Part shown: one piece after another, positions 10,122 to 18,516 of the stretch
How positions within the stretch are numbered: position 1 is the stretch's first letter
Layout of the letters: every line of letters starts with the position of its first letter
Source of the DNA: Candidatus Methanosuratincola verstraetei
Lineage (GTDB): Archaea > Thermoproteota > Methanomethylicia > Methanomethylicales > Methanomethylicaceae
DNA length: 64,000 nt
Assembly: GCA_049570475.1 (NCBI GenBank)
Contig: CP186953.1
Span: 1,440,080 to 1,504,079, forward strand
Direction: 5' to 3'
Notes under the pieces: generated by a model
Database searches by the model: none
What the model was told of the DNA's origin: nothing
Seen by the model: the letters and a program-made list of their open reading frames with translations, nothing else
Program-made: the position numbers and the translations under genes

Positions 10122-10987
10122 TCACACCTTCGAGAGCGTCACCATCAAGAAGAGTAGGCCCCCCAGCGTCCAGTTTATGTAAGGGAGGGTCCAGTATGCC
10201 CTCTCCAACACCCCCCTCTTCACAAGCACGATGAGGGGAAGCGCAGGGTAGATCAGTGACAGGTAGCCGAGAGGGTGGAACCCGCTGAGTGTGATCACCA
10301 GGTAGCTGAGCAGCGACCAGAATGCCAGGCAGATTATGAGCGCAGCCCGCTCGCCGAAGTATACCGGCGTAGTCTTTATCCCTGCGGCCCTGTCGCACCC
10401 GACATCCGGAACGGCTGAGAATATATGCATCGCCGATATGTGTGCAAAACCTCCGATAACTAGCGGCAGGGGCGGGAGCGTTCCAGCCGCCAAGTAGTAG
10501 CCGAATATCCCTGGCATTATGTACAGCATGTTAGAGGCGAAGTCTAGGAATGGAATGCCCTTGAACCTCAGGGGCGGTGCGCTGTAGAAGTACGACAGAA
10601 AGAGGAACCCCGAGAAGATCGCCCTCAGCTCCCAGCCCTGGAAAGCCATCAGCGCCAGGCTGAGGAAAGTCACTGCCCACAGCAGCCTCTTAAGCATGTC
10701 CCGCTCCCCTGCGCCTAGCCTGTGCTCCTTGGCGCCATCCTTTTTTGGGTTTAGCGAGTCGGTCTTCTCATCCCAGTAGTCGTTGATCCCGTATATGAAG
10801 AGATTTGCCGGGAAGAAGAAGTAAGCCAAGTAAACCGCGTACTCTGGCCTCAGGAACTCTGTCCAGCTACCCATGCCCAGAGCGTAGCCTACGACATAAG
10901 TCCCGGCAGTGTAAATCCAGAAGCGGAACCTGGAGACCCTGAAGGCGAACGAGAGTGTCCGCCACAAGAAACTCACCTGGGTATCTG
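10122..10987 (-). CDS. UbiA-family prenyltransferase (lycopene elongase LyeJ-like)
   Basis: Polytopic protein with the Asp-rich NDYWDEKTD motif. The track ORF runs 86 codons upstream into crtB; the likely real start is the GTG at 10987. Confidence 0.55.
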
Positions 10988-11857
10988 CCTTCGGCTCAAC
11001 ATTGCCTCCTTCTTGATCCTGCTCTTCTGCTTTATGTTCAGGTAGAGCATGTTGTAGGAGGCAGTAGCGAAGATCCTGGCTGTCGAGGGCCTGATCTTCT
11101 TCCGGTAGACCGCGAACGGATCCCTGGAAATCTGAGCCGCAGTCCAGTTGTACATGTCCGCCGCGCTCTTTATCGGTATCAGGTACCGCTTGGGGATGAA
11201 CCTGTATCCCTCCTCGGCTTTCCTCTGCCACTTGCAGTAGAGCCCGAGCTCCTTCCTCACCAAGCCCCTGAAGTTCTCGGGGAATCTCTTAACAGTGCTG
11301 TACTTCAGGTCCGGGAGCCCGAACTCCTCAAGGTCCTCGATTGGGAAATAAGTCCTGCCTAAAGAGAGATCCTCGTTGATGTCCCTGATGAAGTTGATAT
11401 ACTGCATTGCCCTGCCTTGGTGCATGGCCGCATCGTAGGACTCCTTGGGGAGGCCGAGTATCTTTGCCATCATCAAGCCTATCACCTCCGCTGAGCCGTA
11501 GAGGTACGCACTCAGCTCGCCGAGCGTCCTGTAGGAGCTCTTAACCAGGTCGCTCTCCATGGACCATAGGAATGCCTTGACCCAATCCTTGGGTATCCCG
11601 CGCCTCCTCACAAGGTACCCGAAAGAGTCCACCACGATGTCGCCTGTCCATTCGCCCCCAATGGCCCTCTCGGTCCTGTCCATCAGCTCGTAGAACTCCC
11701 TTTCCTTCTGCGGGATCGTGTCCACCAAGTTGTCGGCTACCCTCACGTAGCCGTACAGGACGAAGACGTCAGCCTTAACGTCGTGCGGGAAGAACAGGGT
11801 GCTCGTGAAGAAAGTCTTGCTGCCCTTCTTGAATATGTTGTAATGCAGCGTCTGCAA
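10973..11857 (-). CDS. crtB: Phytoene synthase
   Basis: Squalene/phytoene synthase fold with Asp-rich YVRVADNLVD and INFIRDINED motifs. Confidence 0.8.
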   Translation of the reverse strand: MQTLHYNIFKKGSKTFFTSTLFFPHDVKADVFVLYGYVRVADNLVDTIPQKEREFYELMDRTERAIGGEWTGDIVVDSFGYLVRRRGIPKDWVKAFLWSMESDLVKSSYRTLGELSAYLYGSAEVIGLMMAKILGLPKESYDAAMHQGRAMQYINFIRDINEDLSLGRTYFPIEDLEEFGLPDLKYSTVKRFPENFRGLVRKELGLYCKWQRKAEEGYRFIPKRYLIPIKSAADMYNWTAAQISRDPFAVYRKKIRPSTARIFATASYNMLYLNIKQKSRIKKEAMLSRRQIPR

Positions 11858-11872
11858 AGCCTTATCCCCCGC

Positions 11873-13363
11873 TCAGCCCGCGCTATGCGCCTTCCTGATC
11901 ACGTCTGCTACTATCGTGGACGATATCATCGTCATAGGCACGCCTATGCCAGGGTGTGTATACTGGCCCGTGTAGTAGAGGTTCTCCACCTTCTTGCTGC
12001 GGTGGGCTGGTCTCCAGAGCGCAGTCTGCCTCATCGTATGCGTCAGCCCGAGCGCTGTGCCCTTGTATGCATTATACCTCTCCTTGAAGTCGTTGATCGA
12101 GAATATCCTCTTCACCGCAACGGATCCCCTGATGTCCTCCCCCACTGTTTTCTCCAGATGGTCCATTATCTTGTTGTAAAGCTCTTCCCTCCGCACCGGG
12201 GTGTCCGGGAGGCCTGGCGCCAGAGCAACCAGTATGAAAAGCGCGTCGCACCCTGGTGGCGCTGCGTAGGGATCAGTCCTCGACGGCACGTTCACGTAGT
12301 ATGAGGGGCTGTCGGGCCATGCAGCCTTCTTTGGGTCGAAGATTTGCTCGAAGCTGTTCTCCCAATCCTTGTCGAGGAACAGAGTGTGGTGCTCAAGCCC
12401 CTTGACCCGCTTCTTCACGCCCACATAAGCGACGAACGCTGACGGCGCAAGGATCCTGCTGTCCCAGTAGTCCCTGTTGTACGTCCTGTCCTCAGGTGAG
12501 AGGAGCTGAAGCTCTGAGAACGGGTAGTCCGCGTTGACTATTACCAGATCTGCTGGATAGTCCCCTTTCTCAGCCCTCACACCGATCGCCTTGCCTCCCT
12601 TTGTAATTATTTCGGTCACAGCCTCATTGAACTTGAACTCAGCGCCGTAGCTCTTTGCGATATCATGGACTGCCTCAGCCACCTTCCTTATCCCGCCGAC
12701 AGGGTACCACACCCCCAGCGTCAGGTCGATGTGGGACATGATGTGGTAGAATGACGGGGTATTCTTCGGCGAACCCCCCAGGAAGCCAATCGAGTACTCT
12801 ACGATCTTCCTTGCCTTGTCGCTATCGAAGTGCTTCCTGACGAAGCTGTCTAGGTTCTCGAAGATGTGGAGCTTGTACCCCTGTGCGATGAGCTTCCCGT
12901 CCATGAAGTCGAGTATCGACTTGTAGTCCCTGTAGAGCATCTCGTTTATGGAAAGGTCGTACTTCTCCTTTGCGGACTCGAGATACTTCCTCAGCTTAGC
13001 CCCGCCGTTCGGCTCCAGCGAGTCGAAGAGCTGGAAGTTCTTCTCGAGATCTGCAGCGACATCGACCACGCTCCCGTCGTGGAAGTATATCCTGTATGAT
13101 GGGTCGAGCCTCTTCAGCTCGAAGAAATCTTCCGGCTTCTTTCCAAACTCCGAAAAGAATTTCTCGAATACATCGGGCATCAGGTACCAGGAGGGCCCCA
13201 TGTCGAATGTGAAGCCGCCCTCGCTGTACACGCTCGCCCTGCCTCCAGGACCCTCGTTCTTCTCAAAAACTGTGACCTCAAAGCCGTCGCGGGAGAGCAG
13301 CGCCGCAGCGGACAGCCCTCCGAACCCTGCGCCAACCACTATAGCCTTAATTGTGTTGCACAC
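11873..13363 (-). CDS. crtI: Phytoene desaturase family oxidoreductase (CrtI/CrtD)
   Basis: N-terminal FAD motif VVGAGFGGLSAA...EKNEGPGGRA, 496 aa. Confidence 0.85.
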   Translation of the reverse strand: MCNTIKAIVVGAGFGGLSAAALLSRDGFEVTVFEKNEGPGGRASVYSEGGFTFDMGPSWYLMPDVFEKFFSEFGKKPEDFFELKRLDPSYRIYFHDGSVVDVAADLEKNFQLFDSLEPNGGAKLRKYLESAKEKYDLSINEMLYRDYKSILDFMDGKLIAQGYKLHIFENLDSFVRKHFDSDKARKIVEYSIGFLGGSPKNTPSFYHIMSHIDLTLGVWYPVGGIRKVAEAVHDIAKSYGAEFKFNEAVTEIITKGGKAIGVRAEKGDYPADLVIVNADYPFSELQLLSPEDRTYNRDYWDSRILAPSAFVAYVGVKKRVKGLEHHTLFLDKDWENSFEQIFDPKKAAWPDSPSYYVNVPSRTDPYAAPPGCDALFILVALAPGLPDTPVRREELYNKIMDHLEKTVGEDIRGSVAVKRIFSINDFKERYNAYKGTALGLTHTMRQTALWRPAHRSKKVENLYYTGQYTHPGIGVPMTMISSTIVADVIRKAHSAG

Positions 13364-13635
13364 CCCAAAAATCGTACTGAAGAATCAGTTTTTTTGAATT
13401 ATATATAAATGTTTCGTACTGTCGGGAAAAGTTCTTTAAAAAAAAGACAAACTTTCAGTGCAATCCGGTCATGGAGTTTTTGCCTCTTGTGATAAAAATC
13501 GTTCTAACCCTTGAGCGGCATTTTGAGCAGAAATAGGAAAACTTAATCACTAGGTTGCATTCGGCAGTTTGGCATTCATAATACCTGGCGTAAAAAGTCG
13601 ACTATTGGGGGATTCGCCCACCGAAGTTTTTTAAG

Positions 13636-14544
13636 GTGGTTCCTGGCTCAAAATCCAAAAAGGTGCCCCATTTGCCGAACCCCCTCAATGAAAAGCAGAA
13701 GGCTATAGCGAGCCTCTTCATCTCGACGCTGATCTGGGGCATCTCGTTCCCGATGATCAAGGTCGCCCTTTACGATGTCGACCCTCTCCTCTTCGTTTGC
13801 GTGCGCTTCATTCTGGCATCGCTGCTGGTGATCGCCTACCTGCTCTTCACGAGGCGACGGGTGCGCAGGCTTCTGAGGGGGCGGGTGCTGTGGATACTCG
13901 GGATCACGAACGGGGTAGGCTTCGCGATGGAGACCTATGGGATGAGTTTCACTACCGCTTCAAAGGCCTCGCTGCTCGTGAATGTGAATGTCGTCTTCAT
14001 GGCGATATTTAGCTCCCTCCTGCTGGGGGAGAGGCTAAACAACAGGAGCAAGCTCGGGATACTTATGGGGCTCCTGGGGGTATTCCTGACCACGACAGGG
14101 GGAGACCTCTCAGTCCTGAGCAGCGGATCCGCAATAGGCGATGCTATTATCTTCGCCGGAGGCATCATCTGGGCGTACTCGATGATATACAACAAGAAGG
14201 CGGCGACGCAGGAGGGGCTCACGCCAATGGAGGTGACCGAGTCGATGATCTTGACCTCGACAGTCGCGCTGCTGCCGTTCCTTCCCCTTTCATCCTTCAA
14301 GTTCGAACCTAACCCGCTCTCTATCTCGGCGATGGTCTACGTGGCCCTGCTCTGCACAATAGTCGCCTTCTTCCTCTTCTACAAGGCCCTCCAGAAGCTT
14401 ACGGTGGTCAACAGCGGGATGGTAATGCTTTTTGAGATAGTGATCGCGATAGGGGTCTCTTTCCTGTTCCTCGGAGAGACGCTGCTGCCTGTAGGCGTGT
14501 TCGGCGGGTTACTGATAGCGATCGGCATCCTTTTGGTGAGCTGA
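13636..14544 (+). CDS. EamA/DMT superfamily transporter
   Basis: About 10 TM helices in two repeated halves; typical DMT architecture. Confidence 0.55.
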   Translation: MVPGSKSKKVPHLPNPLNEKQKAIASLFISTLIWGISFPMIKVALYDVDPLLFVCVRFILASLLVIAYLLFTRRRVRRLLRGRVLWILGITNGVGFAMETYGMSFTTASKASLLVNVNVVFMAIFSSLLLGERLNNRSKLGILMGLLGVFLTTTGGDLSVLSSGSAIGDAIIFAGGIIWAYSMIYNKKAATQEGLTPMEVTESMILTSTVALLPFLPLSSFKFEPNPLSISAMVYVALLCTIVAFFLFYKALQKLTVVNSGMVMLFEIVIAIGVSFLFLGETLLPVGVFGGLLIAIGILLVS

Positions 14545-14764
14545 ACAATTCTTCTCACCGATCCGAGGCTCGACCACAGAAACGCGGAAGGCTTCGAGGA
14601 AGCTGGGCCTTGGGCCCTCTGCATCACGGAATCCCCAAGATCAAGCGGTCAACCCGTCCTTAGACGTGGCAATGATTTCTCGCATTGCCAACTCAGACCA
14701 GCCCGTTCAGGCAGGTCAAATGTTTTATCCCTGTGGGTATATGATTTGAGGGGATGGTGATCTA

Positions 14765-15316
14765 TTGGAGACTCTGGCGAAGACGGCAATGCTGCTCGCC
14801 GCTATCCTTCTCTCCTTTACTGCGCAGTGCTTCCATTCAGTAGCGTGCTCGGAGATCGACATGGTCTCCACCGTTGTTTCGGTTTACGACGGGGACACTT
14901 TCACCCTTGCAACGGGCGACAAAGTCCGGCTTGCAGACATCAATGCGCCAGAGATGGGTGAGAAAGGCTCCATAGAGGCTAGAGACTACCTCTCCTCGCT
15001 GGTCAGGCAGAAGACAGTCTACTTGGACATAGACGACATGAACAGGACCGACAAATACGGCAGGCTTGTCTGCGTGGTCTACGTCGACTACAACTCTACC
15101 CACTATCTCAATGTCAACAAGGCCCTCATCGACGGCGGCTACGCTGAAATAAAGGACTATCCAAACGAGTTCGATCCCCGCTCATTTGTGCTGTATCTCA
15201 CCAAGGCGATTGCAGACCATCCTGGAGCGGCCAGTCCCCTCCCTGAACCAGTATTTGCGGTCACAGTCGCAGCCCTTGTTATTGGGTTGCTGGCGGCGTT
15301 CCTGAGGAGGCGGTAA
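14765..15316 (+). CDS. Staphylococcal-nuclease-like thermonuclease, membrane-anchored/secreted
   Basis: N-terminal signal, SNase core DGDTF...RLADINAPE, C-terminal TM anchor plus RRR. Confidence 0.7.
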   Translation: METLAKTAMLLAAILLSFTAQCFHSVACSEIDMVSTVVSVYDGDTFTLATGDKVRLADINAPEMGEKGSIEARDYLSSLVRQKTVYLDIDDMNRTDKYGRLVCVVYVDYNSTHYLNVNKALIDGGYAEIKDYPNEFDPRSFVLYLTKAIADHPGAASPLPEPVFAVTVAALVIGLLAAFLRRR

Positions 15317-15538
15317 CAGTCTCGCTTTGCAATGGGCCGGTGCTTGCAAGCGCCCCATGGCGCTTAGGAGCCGCTTAAATGGGCTGCTAATTATTCCCCT
15401 TTCTCGAAGCCATTTGGTTGCTCAATTTTCGCCCTCGGTGGTTGTGTTTTTTCCAGCAATGAGGGGGTCGCCGAAATAGTGACTTATCACAAAATTTAAA
15501 TACCACTGCATAGTGTGATATATCTCAAAAAGGTGTTC

Positions 15539-15925
15539 ATGATGAAGATTGCTTTTGTTACGGAGGACGGCAAGACTATCTGCAGGCACTTCGGGAGGGC
15601 GCCGTACTACCTCTTGGTTGAGCTGGACGGCAAGAATGTGGTCAGCAAGCGGCTGGTCCCGAAGGGCGGCTGCGCCAACCGCGGCCATCACGGTGACGAA
15701 GCCCATGAGGGCGTCCACTTGGGGAGCGAGGAGAGGCACAAATCCATGATCCAGCAGGCTGACGGCTGCGAAATAGTCGTCTCAGGGGGGATGGGCATGG
15801 GTGCTTACCAGTCCCTGATGCTGAGCGGGGTCGAGGTGTACGTAACTAAAGTTGAGGACATCGACGAAGCCATTTCCCTCCTCGCAGAGAATAAGCTGGA
15901 CAACAACCTCGAACTTCTGCACTAG
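15539..15925 (+). CDS. NifB/NifX-type dinitrogenase FeMo-cofactor-binding domain protein (stand-alone)
   Basis: About 128 aa with the KIAF...DG...HFG...Y pattern typical of this domain; TATA-like AAATTTAAATA about 40 bp upstream. Confidence 0.55.
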   Translation: MMKIAFVTEDGKTICRHFGRAPYYLLVELDGKNVVSKRLVPKGGCANRGHHGDEAHEGVHLGSEERHKSMIQQADGCEIVVSGGMGMGAYQSLMLSGVEVYVTKVEDIDEAISLLAENKLDNNLELLH

Positions 15926-16297
15926 CCTTCTTTTTATCTTCTTTTCATTTTCCAACGACAACCCATGCTGCGCTGAGGCGACCCGAGCCTTTGGCTTGTG
16001 CCCGATCGGGATCGGGATCGGAAAAAAGGCAAACCCGGAGAGAGACTCTTCAGCGAAATTATCCTGTTGCGCGGCACCCGTCCTGCCATGGTAATTTGAT
16101 GTTATTGGAATGGCATTTCTAGGCGAAAGTGATAATACCATAATCTGGTCGGTGCGTTGCCTTTGGGGATCAATGCTAGGGCATGCTGGGGTGCAGGGGG
16201 CGGTCAGGGGATGCCTTCTGAAGCTTACGCTGATGCGGCTTTTCGAGGTGCGGGCTTTGTCAGGGCCTCCTCGATCCAGCCGCGGGGCGCACCCCTG

Positions 16298-17254
16298 ATG
16301 ACCGGTTGCCCTGCCTTGGACTCGCTAATGGGAGGGATCTGCGGCGGCGTCACCTACCTTTTCTCGGGCGCCCCTGCGTTCTTGGATGCGCTCTTGCACA
16401 ACATCCTGGTCGCGGGGTGCTCCAGGGGGGAGGTCGCCTACATGAACAACACCGACTACTATGGCACCAGGAGCGAGATCTCGCCAGGCAGGATAGCCCT
16501 GATCGCGAAGCAGAATGGTCTCGACTATACTGCAGTGCTAGAGAGGATCATCTTCACCGCAGCATACAGCAGGGAGAGGCAGCCCTGGGCGGCAGGGGCG
16601 CTTGAGAGGGCAGTAAGGGAATCCGGGAGAGCAGCCCTGATCGCAGCCCATGACATATCGGCTTTCCGGGGCGAGGCGGGTGAGGGCTCCTTTGAGATGG
16701 ACCTGGTCGCCTCCTCCTTGTGGAGATTGGCCTCGGAGACCGGTGCCGCAGCCGTCTTCACCTCCCGAGACCGCAGGCTCTGCTCCAGCCTGGTCTTGGA
16801 TCTGTCACAGGTGGCCGTTGACTTCCGCAGCGTCAAGGGGGGCGTCCGCGCGACGCTCCTGCGGCACCCCGACCGGGCAACGCCCGCATCTGCCCTGATA
16901 GCCTTTCCAGAAAATTGGCATGGAGGTGATCTTATGGGGAGGATAACCCCGCCATTCAGGCAGTCGTACCAGGATCTTTTGGGGTCGCTGAGGGGCGCAT
17001 ACCTGCCGCTTATGAGATGCCAGGAGAACAGGTCTGGGTTTGAACTGCTGGTTCGGGATGCATGGGACAGGGAGTATGCTGCGATGGCAGCCTCCGGGAT
17101 CCCAATCGCCCTGGATGTAATGAACCTGACCGCGAACGCGCACAACAGGGGCGAGATAGAGGCTCTGAAGCGCGAGCTCGCTGAGAAGGAGGCCAGGATA
17201 AAAGCATTGGAGGCCAAGGTTGCTGCGCTAGAGTATCGGACGCCTGGCCATTAG
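16298..17254 (+). CDS. Degenerate RecA/KaiC-superfamily pseudo-ATPase with C-terminal coiled coil
   Basis: LDSLMGGICGGVTYLFSGAPAF resembles a KaiC/RadB core, but the Walker A GKT is replaced; C-terminal heptad EALKRELAEKEARIKALEAKVAALE. Confidence 0.3.
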   Translation: MTGCPALDSLMGGICGGVTYLFSGAPAFLDALLHNILVAGCSRGEVAYMNNTDYYGTRSEISPGRIALIAKQNGLDYTAVLERIIFTAAYSRERQPWAAGALERAVRESGRAALIAAHDISAFRGEAGEGSFEMDLVASSLWRLASETGAAAVFTSRDRRLCSSLVLDLSQVAVDFRSVKGGVRATLLRHPDRATPASALIAFPENWHGGDLMGRITPPFRQSYQDLLGSLRGAYLPLMRCQENRSGFELLVRDAWDREYAAMAASGIPIALDVMNLTANAHNRGEIEALKRELAEKEARIKALEAKVAALEYRTPGH

Positions 17255-17416
17255 CGTTGCCTGAAAAATGCGACGCCCGTCGCTGCCCCAAAGAAGGGAG
17301 GGGGGCGACTCCTGATCCTGGAACTGCTAACCAAACGCCCTGCTTTTTCCAGCCATCCATGCGGGATCCCAACGGGTAAATAAAGATCCGTGTTCTAATG
17401 ATATTGAGGAAAAAAG

Positions 17417-18070
17417 ATGTCGATCGAATCGAACAAGATCTTAGGCGGCGTTGGTGCGATATTGCTATTCATCGGGGTAATCCCGTTCCGTTACATGGGT
17501 GTAATTTCGCTTGTCGGTCTGATACTGATTCTGGTCGCGCTGTCCGGCTTCGCCAGTATATACGGGGACAGGAGGATCTTCAACAATTTCCTATACGGTA
17601 TAATTGCAGGAATAATTGGCGCGGCAGTTGCAGTTGCGGTAGCCTTATTTTCTGTTTTGTCCGTCTTGACCCAACTTCTTTATGAAATCTTCCCAGGATG
17701 GAATGGCGACTGGACCGCCCTCCAGGGGATGACGCCAGACACCTCTAACCTGGAAACGGGCACAATATTATCCCTATTGGGCGGGATCCTTGTTGTACTC
17801 GTGATACTTTATATAACCGCAATCTTAGGCGGCTTCTTCACCAGGCGGTCGTTCAAGGCCCTATCGGAGAAAACAGGCATCGGGCTCTTCTCGACAGCAG
17901 GGCTGATATTTTTCATTGGAACTTTCCTTACCATCATACTCATAGGGTTCCTTCTAATCTGGATCTCAATACTCCTGATCGCGATTGCCTTCTTCCAAAT
18001 AAGGGCACAGCCAGAAGCCCCCGCAGCCGCAACCGCAGCGGTCGCCCCTCCCGCACCCTCGACGGGATGA
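17417..18070 (+). CDS. Polytopic membrane protein of unknown function
   Basis: 217 aa, 5-6 TM helices, Ala/Pro-rich tail. Confidence 0.4.
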   Translation: MSIESNKILGGVGAILLFIGVIPFRYMGVISLVGLILILVALSGFASIYGDRRIFNNFLYGIIAGIIGAAVAVAVALFSVLSVLTQLLYEIFPGWNGDWTALQGMTPDTSNLETGTILSLLGGILVVLVILYITAILGGFFTRRSFKALSEKTGIGLFSTAGLIFFIGTFLTIILIGFLLIWISILLIAIAFFQIRAQPEAPAAATAAVAPPAPSTG

Positions 18071-18094
18071 CCGCCAATCAAAAATAACCAATTG

Positions 18095-18112
18095 CATTTT
18101 TCTTTTTTCTGA
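18095..18112 (+). terminator. T-tract archaeal terminator candidate
   Basis: GCATTTTTCTTTTTTCT directly after the stop of the 17417..18070 gene. Confidence 0.35.
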
Positions 18113-18192
18113 ATGGTGCAACCAAACCACTCTTTTTTCCGTCTGACGCAAAGAGATGATTCGATGCGGCGCATTCATCAGCCTATCTTTTT

Positions 18193-18480
18193 TCAATCCT
18201 GCGCATCCCGGGCGCGTTCAAGATTGTACTGCCTGATCGCTTCCCTAATCCCAAAAAACCAATGAAGCATGGCATGCAAATAAAAACTCCAGTTGATCAA
18301 GGTATCTTCATAAACAAACTTTTCCTTGGAGAGTCTGTTGGGCGAAAATGTTTCCTGCCCCAGGCTTGCCGGTGCAATGTTGATCCCATGGTAGTGCCAA
18401 GAATTTTTGGCGAAAGTGACAGAATGATCACGAGCAGTTAAGAATGTGGCAAACCGCTGTAATGGGAGCTGCGGCATCCG
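18193..18480 (-). CDS. Hypothetical protein
   Basis: About 95 aa after trimming the track ORF to an internal Met so it does not overlap polB; no recognisable motif. Confidence 0.2.
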   Translation of the reverse strand, partial: RMPQLPLQRFATFLTARDHSVTFAKNSWHYHGINIAPASLGQETFSPNRLSKEKFVYEDTLINWSFYLHAMLHWFFGIREAIRQYNLERARDAQD

Positions 18481-18516
18481 AGCACTGTCCGACGGGTCGC
18501 TGGGGCTCAAGGGGGC

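Noticed and set aside
10988-11231. N-terminal 86 codons of the track ORF for the UbiA prenyltransferase (10122..11231)
   Set aside because: This part lies entirely inside crtB in another frame and encodes a low-complexity sequence. An in-frame GTG at 10987 yields a normal UbiA N-terminus.
16110-16298. 62-aa ORF and the upstream extension of the RecA-like gene (16157 start)
   Set aside because: No start context or motifs, and the frame is stop-free because of high GC. A later Met at 16298 gives the conserved core.
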